Part shown: positions 12,701-27,700 of the stretch, piece after piece
How the letters are laid out: the number at the start of each line of letters is the position of its first letter
Numbering within the stretch: position 1 is the first letter of the stretch
DNA from: Auanema rhodensis
Lineage: Eukaryota; Animalia; Nematoda
Length of the DNA stretch: 64,000 bases
NCBI GenBank assembly: GCA_964057225.1
Contig: OZ059900.1
Location: 10,478,001 to 10,542,000, forward strand
Direction: 5' to 3'
Position numbers and translations under genes: made by a program
The notes under the pieces: generated by a model
The model's input: only the letters and a program-made list of their open reading frames with translations
What the model was told of the DNA's origin: nothing
The model's database searches: none

Positions 12701-15700
12701 AGCATATCAAAGCTTCAGATATAACAGGGTTGTAATATCTACAGCCTTCTTTAAAGAAAACAGCGGATTCAAAAGAAATAAAATAAACTGTAGTTTGCTT
12801 TCATCTACAGTATGTATAGTTACATATATACATATAATTAACTTCCATATGATTACGTACATTTCGGGAGAGTGAGATATGGTTACCGAAAACTCGAATG
12901 ATATACGGATATCACCATCATAGGCCATGTTGCATGATGTTATACAGTCAACTTCTCTGGTTCCTTTGCAATATTCCGTGAAAATCTTTCGCCTTTTACT
13001 AAAGATTTCCGTGCATAGGGACGCATATGAGTATCTTTCTTTTTGGAATCCCCTCGAAAGAGCGGGACATCAGCATATCAAAGCTTCAGATATAACAGGG
13101 TTGTAATATCTACAGCCTTCTTTAAAGAAAACAGCGGATTCAAAAGAAATAAAATAAACTGTAGTTTGCTTTCATCTACAGTATGTATAGTTACATATAT
13201 ACATATAATTAACTTTCATATGATTACGTACATTTCGGGAGAGTGAGATATGGTTACCGAAAACTCGAATGATATACGGATATCACCATCATAGGCCATG
13301 TTGCATGATGTTATACAGTCAACTTCTCTGGTTCCTTTGCAATATTCCGTGAAAATCTTTCGCCTTTTACTAAAGATTTCCGTGCATAGGGACGCATATG
13401 AGTATCTTTCTTTTTGGAATCCCCTCGAAAGAGCGGGACATCAGCATATCAAAGCTTCAGATATAACAGGGTTGTAATATCTACAGCCTTCTTTAAAGAA
13501 AACAGCGGATTCAAAAGAAATAAAATAAACTGTAGTTTGCTTTCATCTACAGTATGTATAGTTACATATATACATATAATTAACTTCCATATGATTACGT
13601 ACATTTCGGGAGAGTGAGATATGGTTACCGAAAACTCGAATGATATACGGATATCACCATCATAGGCCATGTTGCATGATGTTATACAGTCAACTTCTCT
13701 GGTTCCTTTGCAATATTCCGTGAAAATCTTTCGCCTTTTACTAAAGATTTCCGTGCATAGGGACGCATATGAGTATCTTTCTTTTTGGAATCCCCTCGAA
13801 AGAGCGGGACATCAGCATATCAAAGCTTCAGATATAACAGGGTTGTAATATCTACAGCCTTTTTTAAAGAAAACAGCGGATTCAAAAGAAATAAAATAAA
13901 CTGTAGTTTGCTTTCATCTACAGTATGTATAGTTACATATATACATATAATTAACTTCCATATGATTACGTACATTTCGGGAGAGTGAGATATGGTTACC
14001 GAAAACTCGAATGATATACGGATATCACTATCATAGGCCATGTTGCATGATGTTATACAGTCAACTTCTCTGGTTCCTTTGCAATATTCCGTGAAAATCT
14101 TTCGCCTTTTACTAAAGATTTCCGTGCATAGGGACGCATATGAGTATCTTTCTTTTTGGAATCCCCTCGAAAGAGCGGGACATCAGCATATCAAAGCTTC
14201 AGATATAACAGGGTTGTAATATCTACAGCCTTCTTTAAAGAAAACAGCGGATTCAAAAGAAATAAAATAAACTGTAGTTTGCTTTCATCTACAGTACGTA
14301 TAGTTACATATATACATATAATCAACTTCCATATGATTACGTACATTTCGGGAGAGTGAGATATGGTTACCGACAACTCGAATGATATACGGATATCACC
14401 ATCATAGGCCATGTTGCATGATGTTATACAGTCAACTTCTCTGGTTCCTTTGCAATATTCCGTGAAAATCTTTCGCCTTTTACTAAAGATTTCCGTGCAT
14501 AGGGACGCATATGAGTATCTTTCTTTTTGGAATCCCCTCGAAAGAGCGGGACATCAGCATATCAAAGCTTCAGATATAACAGGGTTGTAATATCTACAGC
14601 CTTCTTTAAAGAAAACAGCGGATTCAAAAGAAATAAAATAAACTGTAGTTTGCTTTCATCTACAGTATGTATAGTTACATATATACATATAATTAACTTC
14701 TATATGATTACGTACGTTTCGGGAGAGTGAGATATGGTTACCGAAAACTCGAATGATATACGGATATCACCATCATAGGCCATGTTGCATGATGTTATAC
14801 AGTCAACTTCTCTGGTTCCTTTGCAATATTCCGTGAAAATCTTTCGCCTTTTACTAAAGATTTCCGTGCATAGGGACGCATATGAGTATCTTTCTTTTTG
14901 GAATCCCCTCGAAAGAGCGGGACATCAGCATATCAAAGCTTCAGATATAACAGGGTTGTAATATCTACAGCCTTCTTTAAAGAAAACAGCGGATTCAAAA
15001 GAAATAAAATAAACTGTAGTTTGCTTTCATCTACAGTATGTATAGTTACATATATACATATAATTAACTTCTATATGATTACGTACGTTTCGGGAGAGTG
15101 AGATATGGTTACCGAAAACTCGAATGATATACGGATATCACCATCATAGGCCATGTTGCATGATGTTATACAGTCAACTTCTCTGGTTCCTTTGCAATAT
15201 TCCGTGAAAATCTTTCGCCTTTTACTAAAGATTTCCGTGCATAGGGACGCATATGAGTATCTTTCTTTTTGGAATCCCCTCGAAAGAGCGGGACATCAGC
15301 ATATCAAAGCTTCAGATATAACAGGGTTGTAATATCTACAGCCTTCTTTAAAGAAAACAGCGGATTCAAAAGAAATAAAATAAACTGTAGTTTGCTTTCA
15401 TCTACAGTATGTATAGTTACATATATACATATAATTAACTTCCATATGATTACGTACATTTCGGGAGAGTGAGATATGGTTACCGAAAACTCGAATGATA
15501 TACGGATATCACTATCATAGGCCATGTTGCATGATGTTATACAGTCAACTTCTCTGGTTCCTTTGCAATATTCCGTGAAAATCTTTCGCCTTTTACTAAA
15601 AATTTCCGTGCATAGGGACGCATATGAGTATCTTTCTTTTTGGAATCCCCTCGAAAGAGCGGGACATCAGCATATCAAAGCTTCAGATATAACAGGGTTG

Positions 15701-18700
15701 TAATATCTACAGCCTTCTTTAAAGAAAACAGCGGATTCAAAAGAAATAAAATAAACTGTAGTTTGCTTTCATCTACAGTATGTATAGTTACATATATACA
15801 TATAATTAACTTCTATATGATTACGTACATTTCGGGAGAGTGAGATATGGTTACCGAAAACTCGAATGATATACGGATATCACCATCATAGGCCATGTTG
15901 CATGATGTTATACAGTCAACTTCTCTGGTTCCTTTGCAATATTCCGTGAAAATCTTTCGCCTTTTACTAAAGATTTCCGTGCATAGGGACGCATATGAGT
16001 ATCTTTCTTTTTGGAATCCCCTCGAAAGAGCGGGACATCAGCATATCAAAGCTTCTGATAAAACAGGGTTGTAATATCTACAGCCTTCTTTAAAGAAAAC
16101 AGCGGATTCAAAAGAAATAAAATAAACTGTAGTTTGCTTTCATCTACAGTATGTATAGTTACATATATACATATAATTAACTTCCATATGATTACGTACA
16201 TTTCGGGAGAGTGAGATATGGTTACCGAAAACTCGAATGATATACAGATATCACCATCATAGGCCATGTTGCATGATGTTATACAGTCAACTTCTCTGGT
16301 TCCTTTGCAATATTCCGTGAAAATCTTTCGCCTTTTACTAAAGATTTCCGTGCATAGGGACGCATATGAGTATCTTTCTTTTTGGAATCCCCTCGAAAGA
16401 GCGGGACATCAGCATATCAAAGCTTCAGATATAACAGGGTTGTAATATCTACAGCCTTCTTTAAAGAAAACAGCGGATTCAAAAGAAATAAAATAAACTG
16501 TAGTTTGCTTTCATCTACAGTATGTATAGTTACATGTATACATATAATTAACTTCCATATGATTACGTACATTTCGGGAGAGTGAGATATGGTTACCGAA
16601 AACTCGAATGATATACGGATATCACCATCATAGGCCATGTTGCATGATGTTATACAGTCAACTTCTCTGGTTCCTTTGCAATATTCCGTGAAAATCTTTC
16701 GCCTTTTACTAAAGATTTCCGTGCATAGGGACGCATATGAGTATCTTTCTTTTTGGAATCCCCTCGAAAGAGCGGGACATCAGCATATCAAAGCTTCAGA
16801 TATAACAGGGTTGTAATATCTACAGCCTTCTTTAAAGAAAACAGCGGATTCAAAAGAAATAAAATAAACTGTAGTTTGCTTTATCTACAGTATGTATAGT
16901 TACATATATACATATAATTAACTTCCATATGATTACGTACATTTCGGGAGAGTGAGATATGGTTACCGAAAACTCGAATGATATACGGATATCACTATTA
17001 TAGGCCATGTTGCATGATGTTATACAGTCAACTTCTCTGGTTCCTTTGCAATATTCCGTGAAAATCTTTCGCCTTTTACTAAAGATTTCCGTGCATAGGG
17101 ACGCATATGAGTATCTTTCTTTTTGGAATCCCCTCGAAAGAGCGGGACATCAGCATATCAAAGCTTCAGATATAACAGGGTTGTAATATCTACAGCCTTC
17201 TTTAAAGAAAACAGCGGATTCAAAAGAAATAAAATAAACTGTAGTTTGCTTTCATCTACAGTATGTATAGTTACATATATACATATAATTAACTTCCATA
17301 TGATTACGTACATTTCGGGAGAGTGAGATATGGTTACCGAAAACTCGAATGATATACGGATATCACCATCATAGGCCATGTTGCATGATGTTATACAGTC
17401 AACTTCTCTGGTTCCTTTGCAATATTCCGTGAAAATCTTTCGCCTTTTACTAAAGATTTCCGTGCATAGGGACGCATATGAGTATCTTTCTTTTTGGAAT
17501 CCCCTCGAGAGAGCGGGACATCAGCATATCAAAGCTTCTGATAAAACAGGGTTGTAATATCTACAGCCTTCTTTAAAGAAAACAGCGGATTCAAAAGAAA
17601 TAAAATAAACTGTAGTTTGCTTTCATCTACAGTATGTATAGTTACTTATATACATATAATTAACTTCTATATGATTACGTACATTTCGGGAGAGTGAGAT
17701 ATGGTTACCGAAAACTCGAATGATATACGGATGTCACCATCATAGGCCATGTTGCATGATGTTATACAGTCAACTTCTCTGGTTCCTTTGCAATATTCCG
17801 TGAAAATCTTTCGCCTTTTACTAAAGATTTCCGTGCAAAGGGACGCATATGAGTATCTTTCTTTTTGGAATCCCCTCGAAAGAGCGGGACATCAGCATAT
17901 CAAAGCTTCAGATATAACAGGGTTGTAATATCTACAGCCTTCTTTAAAGAAAACAGCGGATTCAAAAGAAATAAAATAAACTGTAGTTTGCTTTCATCTA
18001 CAGTATGTATAGTTACTTATATACATATAATTAACTTCTATATGATTACGTACATTTCGGGAGAGTGAGATATGGTTACCGAAAACTCGAATGATATACG
18101 GATGTCACCATCATAGGCCATGTTGCATGATGTTATACAGTCAACTTCTCTGGTTCCTTTGCAATATTCCGTGAAAATCTTTCGCCTTTTACTAAAGATT
18201 TCCGTGCAAAGGGACGCATATGAGTATCTTTCTTTTTGGAATCCCCTCGAAAGAGCGGGACATCAGCATATCAAAACTTCAGATATAACAGGGTTGTAAT
18301 ATCTACAGCCTTCTTTAAAGAAAACAGCGGATTCAAAAGAAATAAAATAAACTGTAGTTTGCTTTCATCTACAGTATGTATAGTTACTTATATACATATA
18401 ATTAACTTCTATATGATTACGTACATTTCGGGAGAGTGAGATATGGTTACCGAAAACTCGAATGATATACGGATATCACCATCATAGGCCATGTTGCATG
18501 ATGTTATACAGTCAACTTCTCTGGTTCCTTTGCAATATTCCGTGAAAATCTTTCGCCTTTTACTAAAGATTTCCGTGCATAGGGACGCATATGAGTATCT
18601 TTTTTTTTTGGAATCCCCTCGAAAGAGCGGGACATCAGCATATCAAAGCTTCAGATATAACAGGGTTGTAATATCTACAGCCTTCTTTAAAGAAAACAGC

Positions 18701-21700
18701 GGATTCAAAAGAAATAAAATAAACTGTAGTTTGCTTTCATCTACAGTATGTATAGTTACATATATACATATAATTAACTTCCATATGATTACGTACATTT
18801 CGGGAGAGTGAGATATGGTTACCGAAAACTCGAATGATATACGGATATCACTATTATAGGCCATGTTGCATGATGTTATACAGTCAACTTCTCTGGTTCC
18901 TTTGCAATATTCCGTGAAAATCTTTCGCCTTTTACTAAAGATTTCCGTGCATAGGGACGCATATGAGTATCTTTCTTTTTGGAATCCCCTCGAAAGAGCG
19001 GGACATCAGCATATCAAAGCTTCAGATATAACAGGGTTGTAATATCTACAGCCTTCTTTAAAGAAAACAGCGGATTCAAAAGAAATAAAATAAACTGTAG
19101 TTTGCTTTCATCTACAGTATGTATAGTTACATATATACATATAATTAACTTCTATATGATTACGTACATTTCGGGAGAGTGAGATATGGTTACCGAAAAC
19201 TCGAATGATATACGGATATCACTATCATAGGCCATGTTGCATGATGTTATACAGTCAACTTCTCTGGTTCCTTTGCGATATTCCGTGAAAATCTTTCGCC
19301 TTTTACTAAAGATTTCCGTGCATAGGGACGCATATGAGTATCTTTCTTTTTGGAATTCCCTCGAAAGAGCGGGACATCAGCATATCAAAGCTTCAGATAT
19401 AACAGGGTTGTAATATCTACAGCCTTCTTTAAAGAAAACAGCGGATTCAAATGAAATAAAATAAACTGTAGTTTGCTTTCATCTACAGTATGTATAGTTA
19501 CATATATACATATAATTAACTTCCATATGATTACGTACATTTCGGGAGAGTGAGATATGGTTACCGAAAACTCGAATGATATACGGATATCACTATTATA
19601 GGCCATGTTGCATGATGTTATACAGTCAACTTCTCTGGTTCCTTTGCAATATTCCGTGAAAATCTTTCGCCTTTTACTAAAGATTTCCGTGCATAGGGAC
19701 GCATATGAGTATCTTTCTTTTTGGAATCCCCTCGAAAGAGCGGGACATCAGCATATCAAAGCTTCAGATATAACAGGGTTGTAATATCTACAGCCTTCTT
19801 TAAAGAAAACAGCGGATTCAAAAGAAATAAAATAAACTGTAGTTTGCTTTCATCTACAGTATGTATAGTTACATATATACATATAATTAACTTCCATATG
19901 ATTACGTACATTTCGGGAGAGTGAGATATGGTTACCGAAAACTCGAATGATATACGGATATCACCATCATAGGCCATGTTGCATGATGTTATACAGTCAA
20001 CTTCTCTGGTTCCTTTGCAATATTCCGTGAAAATCTTTCGCCTTTTACTAAAGATTTCCGTGCATAGGGACGCATATGAGTATCTTTCTTTTTGGAATCC
20101 CCTCGAGAGAGCGGGACATCAGCATATCAAAGCTTCTGATAAAACAGGGTTGTAATATCTACAGCCTTCTTTAAAGAAAACAGCGAATTCAAAAGAAATA
20201 AAATAAACTGTAGTTTGCTTTCATCTACAGTATGTATAGTTACATATATACATATAATTAACTTCTATATGATTACGTACATTTCGGGAGAGTGAGATAT
20301 GGTTACCGAAAACTCGAATGATATACGGATATCACCATCATAGGCCATGTTACATGATGTTATACAGTCAACTTCTCTGGTTCCTTTGCAATATTCCGTG
20401 AAAATCTTTCGCCTTTTACTAAAGATTTCCGTGCATAGGGACGCATATGAGTATCTTTCTTTTTGGAATCCCCTCGAAAGAGCGGGACATCAGCATATCA
20501 AAGCTTCAGATATAACAGGGTTGTAATATCTACAGCCTTCTTTAAAGAAAACAGCGGATTCAAAAGAAATAAAATAAACTGTAGTTTGCTTTCATCTACA
20601 GTATGTATAGTTACATATATACATATAATTAACTTCCATATGATTACGTACATTTCGGGAGAGTGAGATATGGTTACCGAAAACTCGAATGATATACGGA
20701 TATCACTATCATAGGCCATGTTGCATGATGTTATACAGTCAACTTCTCTGGTTCCTTTGCAATATTCCGTGAAAATCTTTCGCCTTTTACTAAAGATTTC
20801 CGTGCATAGGGACGCATATGAGTATCTTTCTTTTTGGAATCCCCTCGAAAGAGCGGGACATCAGCATATCAAAGCTTCAGATATAACAGGGTTGTAATAT
20901 CTACAGCCTTCTTTAAAGAAAACAGCGGATTCAAAAGAAATAAAATAAACTGTAGTTTGCTTTCATCTACAGTACGTATAGTTACATATATACATATAAT
21001 CAACTTCCATATGATTACGTACATTTCGGGAGAGTGAGATATGGTTACCGACAACTCGAATGATATACGGATATCACCATCATAGGCCATGTTGCATGAT
21101 GTTATACAGTCAACTTCTCTGGTTCCTTTGCAATATTCCGTGAAAATCTTTCGCCTTTTACTAAAGATTTCCGTGCATAGGGACGCATATGAGTATCTTT
21201 CTTTTTGGAATCCCCTCGAAAGAGCGGGACATCAGCATATCAAAGCTTCAGATATAACAGGGTTGTAATATCTACAGCCTTCTTTAAAGAAAACAGCGGA
21301 TTCAAATGAAATAAAATAAACTGTAGTTTGCTTTCATCTACAGTATGTATAGTTACATATATACATATAATTAACTTCCATATGATTACGTACATTTCGG
21401 GAGAGTGAGATATGGTTACCGAAAACTCGAATGATATACGGATATCACCATCATAGGCCATGTTGCATGATGTTATACAGTCAACTTCTCTGGTTCCTTT
21501 GCAATATTCCGTGAAAATCTTTCGCCTTTTACTAAAGATTTCCGTGCATAGGGACGCATATGAGTATCTTTCTTTTTGGAATCCCCTCGAAAGAGCGGGA
21601 CATCAGCATATCAAAGCTTCAGATATAACAGGGTTGTAATATCTACAGCCTTCTTTAAAGAAAACAGCGGATTCAAAAGAAATAAAATAAACTGTAGTTT

Positions 21701-24700
21701 GCTTTCATCTACAGTATGTATAGTTACATATATACATATAATTAACTTCCATATGATTACGTACATTTCGGGAGAGTGAGATATGGTTACCGAAAACTCG
21801 AATGATATACGGATATCACTATTATAGGCCATGTTGCATGATGTTATACAGTCAACTTCTCTGGTTCCTTTGCAATATTCCGTGAAAATCTTTCGCCTTT
21901 TACTAAAGATTTCCGTGCATAGGGACGCATATGAGTATCTTTCTTTTTGGAATCCCCTCGAAAGAGCGGGACATCAGCATATCAAAGCTTCAGATATAAC
22001 AGGGTTGTAATATCTACAGCCTTCTTTAAAGAAAACAGCGGATTCAAAAGAAATAAAATAAACTGTAGTTTGCTTTCATCTACAGTATGTATAGTTACAT
22101 ATATACATATAATTAACTTCCATATGATTACGTACATTTCGGGAGAGTGAGATATGGTTACCGAAAACTCGAATGATATACGGATATCACCATCATAGGC
22201 CATGTTACATGATGTTATACAGTCAACTTCTCTGGTTCCTTTGCAATATTCCGTGAAAATCTTTCGCCTTTTACTAAAGATTTCCGTGCATAGGGACGCA
22301 TATGAGTATCTTTCTTTTTGGAATCCCCTCGAAAGAGCGGGACATCAGCATATCAAAGCTTCAGATATAACAGGGTTGTAATATCTACAGCCTTCTTTAA
22401 AGAAAACAGCGGATTCAAAAGAAATAAAATAAACTGTAGTTTGCTTTCATCTACAGTATGTATAGTTACATATATACATATAATTAACTTCCATATGATT
22501 ACGTACATTTCGGGAGAGTGAGATATGGTTACCGAAAACTCGAATGATATACGGATATCACTATCATAGGCCATGTTGCATGATGTTATACAGTCAACTT
22601 CTCTGGTTCCTTTGCAATATTCCGTGAAAATCTTTCGCCTTTTACTAAAGATTTCCGTGCATAGGGACGCATATGAGTATCTTTCTTTTTGGAATCCCCT
22701 CGAAAGAGCGGGACATCAGCATATCAAAGCTTCAGATATAACAGGGTTGTAATATCTACAGCCTTCTTTAAAGAAAACAGCGGATTCAAAAGAAATAAAA
22801 TAAACTGTAGTTTGCTTTCATCTACAGTATGTATAGTTACATATATACATATAATTAACTTCCATATGATTACGTACATTTCGGGAGAGTGAGATATGGT
22901 TACCGAAAACTCGAATGATATACGGATATCACCATCATAGGCCATGTTGCATGATGTTATACAGTCAACTTCTCTGGTTCCTTTGCAATATTCCGTGAAA
23001 ATCTTTCGCCTTTTACTAAAGATTTCCGTGCATAGGGACGCATATGAGTATCTTTCTTTTTGGAATCCCCTCGAGAGAGCGGGACATCAGCATATCAAAG
23101 CTTCTGATAAAACAGGGTTGTAATATCTACAGCCTTCTTTAAAGAAAACAGCGAATTCAAAAGAAATAAAATAAACTGTAGTTTGCTTTCATCTACAGTA
23201 TGTATAGTTACATATATACATATAATTAACTTCCATATGATTACGTACATTTCGGGAGAGTGAGATATGGTTACCGAAAACTCGAATGATATACGGATAT
23301 CACCATCATAGGCCATGTTACATGATGTTATACAGTCAACTTCTCTGGTTCCTTTGCAATATTCCGTGAAAATCTTTCGCCTTTTACTAAAGATTTCCGT
23401 GCATAGGGACGCATATGAGTATCTTTCTTTTTGGAATCCCCTCGAAAGAGCGGGACATCAGCATATCAAAGCTTCAGATATAACAGGGTTGTAATATCTA
23501 CAGCCTTCTTTAAAGAAAACAGCGGATTCAAAAGAAATAAAATAAACTGTAGTTTGCTTTCATCTACAGTATGTATAGTTACATATATACATATAATTAA
23601 CTTCCATATGATTACGTACATTTCGGGAGAGTGAGATATGGTTACCGAAAACTCGAATGATATACGGATATCACTATCATAGGCCATGTTGCATGATGTT
23701 ATACAGTCAACTTCTCTGGTTCCTTTGCAATATTCCGTGAAAATCTTTCGCCTTTTACTAAAGATTTCCGTGCATAGGGACGCATATGAGTATCTTTCTT
23801 TTTGGAATCCCCTCGAGAGAGCGGGACATCAGCATATCAAAGCTTCTGATAAAACAGGGTTGTAATATCTACAGCCTTCTTTAAAGAAAACAGCGAATTC
23901 AAAAGAAATAAAATAAACTGTAGTTTGCTTTCATCTACAGTATGTATAGTTACATATATACATATAATTAAGTTCCATATGATTACGTACATTTCGGGAG
24001 AGTGAGATATGGTTACCGAAAACTCGAATGATATACGGATATCACCATCATAGGCCATGTTACATGATGTTATACAGTCAACTTCTCTGGTTCCTTTGCA
24101 ATATTCCGTGAAAATCTTTCGCCTTTTACTAAAGATTTCCGTGCATAGGGACGCATATGAGTATCTTTCTTTTTGGAATCCCCTCGAAAGAGCGGGACAT
24201 CAGCATATCAAAGCTTCAGATATAACAGGGTTGTAATATCTACAGCCTTCTTTAAAGAAAACAGCGGATTCAAAAGAAATAAAATAAACTGTAGTTTGCT
24301 TTCATCTACAGTATGTATAGTTACATATATACATATAATTAACTTCCATATGATTACGTACATTTCGGGAGAGTGAGATATGGTTACCGAAAACTCGAAT
24401 GATATACGGATATCACTATCATAGGCCATGTTGCATGATGTTATACAGTCAACTTCTCTGGTTCCTTTGCAATATTCCGTGAAAATCTTTCGCCTTTTAC
24501 TAAAGATTTCCGTGCATAGGGACGCATATGAGTATCTTTCTTTTTGGAATCCCCTCGAAAGAGCGGGACATCAGCATATCAAAGCTTCAGATATAACAGG
24601 GTTGTAATATCTACAGCCTTCTTTAAAGAAAACAGCGGATTCAAAAGAAATAAAATAAACTGTAGTTTGCTTTCATCTACAGTACGTATAGTTACATATA

Positions 24701-27700
24701 TACATATAATCAACTTCCATATGATTACGTACATTTCGGGAGAGTGAGATATGGTTACCGACAACTCGAATGATATACGGATATCACCATCATAGGCCAT
24801 GTTGCATGATGTTATACAGTCAACTTCTCTGGTTCCTTTGCAATATTCCGTGAAAATCTTTCGCCTTTTACTAAAGATTTCCGTGCATAGGGACGCATAT
24901 GAGTATCTTTCTTTTTGGAATCCCCTCGAAAGAGCGGGACATCAGCATATCAAAGCTTCAGATATAACAGGGTTGTAATATCTACAGCCTTCTTTAAAGA
25001 AAACAGCGGATTCAAATGAAATAAAATAAACTGTAGTTTGCTTTCATCTACAGTATGTATAGTTACATATATACATATAATTAACTTCCATATGATTACG
25101 TACATTTCGGGAGAGTGAGATATGGTTACCGAAAACTCGAATGATATACGGATATCACCATCATAGGCCATGTTGCATGATGTTATACAGTCAACTTCTC
25201 TGGTTCCTTTGCAATATTCCGTGAAAATCTTTCGCCTTTTACTAAAGATTTCCGTGCATAGGGACGCATATGAGTATCTTTCTTTTTGGAATCCCCTCGA
25301 AAGAGCGGGACATCAGCATATCAAAGCTTCAGATATAACAGGGTTGTAATATCTACAGCCTTCTTTAAAGAAAACAGCGGATTCAAAAGAAATAAAATAA
25401 ACTGTAGTTTGCTTTCATCTACAGTATGTATAGTTACATATATACATATAATTAACTTCCATATGATTACGTACATTTCGGGAGAGTGAGATATGGTTAC
25501 CGAAAACTCGAATGATATACGGATATCACTATTATAGGCCATGTTGCATGATGTTATACAGTCAACTTCTCTGGTTCCTTTGCAATATTCCGTGAAAATC
25601 TTTCGCCTTTTACTAAAGATTTCCGTGCATAGGGACGCATATGAGTATCTTTCTTTTTGGAATCCCCTCGAAAGAGCGGGACATCAGCATATCAAAGCTT
25701 CAGATATAACAGGGTTGTAATATCTACAGCCTTCTTTAAAGAAAACAGCGGATTCAAAAGAAATAAAATAAACTGTAGTTTGCTTTCATCTACAGTATGT
25801 ATAGTTACATATATACATATAATTAACTTCCATATGATTACGTACATTTCGGGAGAGTGAGATATGGTTACCGAAAACTCGAATGATATACGGATATCAC
25901 CATCATAGGCCATGTTACATGATGTTATACAGTCAACTTCTCTGGTTCCTTTGCAATATTCCGTGAAAATCTTTCGCCTTTTACTAAAGATTTCCGTGCA
26001 TAGGGACGCATATGAGTATCTTTCTTTTTGGAATCCCCTCGAAAGAGCGGGACATCAGCATATCAAAGCTTCAGATATAACAGGGTTGTAATATCTACAG
26101 CCTTCTTTAAAGAAAACAGCGGATTCAAAAGAAATAAAATAAACTGTAGTTTGCTTTCATCTACAGTATGTATAGTTACATATATACATATAATTAACTT
26201 CCATATGATTACGTACATTTCGGGAGAGTGAGATATGGTTACCGAAAACTCGAATGATATACGGATATCACTATCATAGGCCATGTTGCATGATGTTATA
26301 CAGTCAACTTCTCTGGTTCCTTTGCAATATTCCGTGAAAATCTTTCGCCTTTTACTAAAGATTTCCGTGCATAGGGACGCATATGAGTATCTTTCTTTTT
26401 GGAATCCCCTCGAAAGAGCGGGACATCAGCATATCAAAGCTTCAGATATAACAGGGTTGTAATATCTACAGCCTTCTTTAAAGAAAACAGCGGATTCAAA
26501 AGAAATAAAATAAACTGTAGTTTGCTTTCATCTACAGTACGTATAGTTACATATATACATATAATCAACTTCCATATGATTACGTACATTTCGGGAGAGT
26601 GAGATATGGTTACCGACAACTCGAATGATATACGGATATCACCATCATAGGCCATGTTGCATGATGTTATACAGTCAACTTCTCTGGTTCCTTTGCAATA
26701 TTCCGTGAAAATCTTTCGCCTTTTACTAAAGATTTCCGTGCATAGGGACGCATATGAGTATCTTTCTTTTTGGAATCCCCTCGAAAGAGCGGGACATCAG
26801 CATATCAAAGCTTCAGATATAACAGGGTTGTAATATCTACAGCCTTCTTTAAAGAAAACAGCGGATTCAAAAGAAATAAAATAAACTGTAGTTTGCTTTC
26901 ATCTACAGTATGTATAGTTACATATATACATATAATTAACTTTCATATGATTACGTACATTTCGGGAGAGTGAGATATGGTTACCGAAAACTCGAATGAT
27001 ATACGGATATCACCATCATAGGCCATGTTGCATGATGTTATACAGTCAACTTCTCTGGTTCCTTTGCAATATTCCGTGAAAATCTTTCGCCTTTTACTAA
27101 AGATTTCCGTGCATAGGGACGCATATGAGTATCTTTCTTTTTGGAATCCCCTCGAAAGAGCGGGACATCAGCATATCAAAGCTTCAGATATAACAGGGTT
27201 GTAATATCTACAGCCTTCTTTAAAGAAAACAGCGGATTCAAAAGAAATAAAATAAACTGTAGTTTGCTTTCATCTACAGTATGTATAGTTACATATATAC
27301 ATATAATTAACTTTCATATGATTACGTACATTTCGGGAGAGTGAGATATGGTTACCGAAAACTCGAATGATATACGGATATCACCATCATAGGCCATGTT
27401 GCATGATGTTATACAGTCAACTTCTCTGGTTCCTTTGCAATATTCCGTGAAAATCTTTCGCCTTTTACTAAAGATTTCCGTGCATAGGGACGCATATGAG
27501 TATCTTTCTTTTTGGAATCGCCTCGAAAGAGCGGGACATCAGCATATCAAAGCTTCAGATATAACAGGGTTGTAATATCTACAGCCTTCTTTAAAGAAAA
27601 CAGCGGATTCAAAAGAAATAAAATAAACTGTAGTTTGCTTTCATCTACAGTATGTATAGTTACATATATACATATAATTAACTTCCATATGATTACGTAC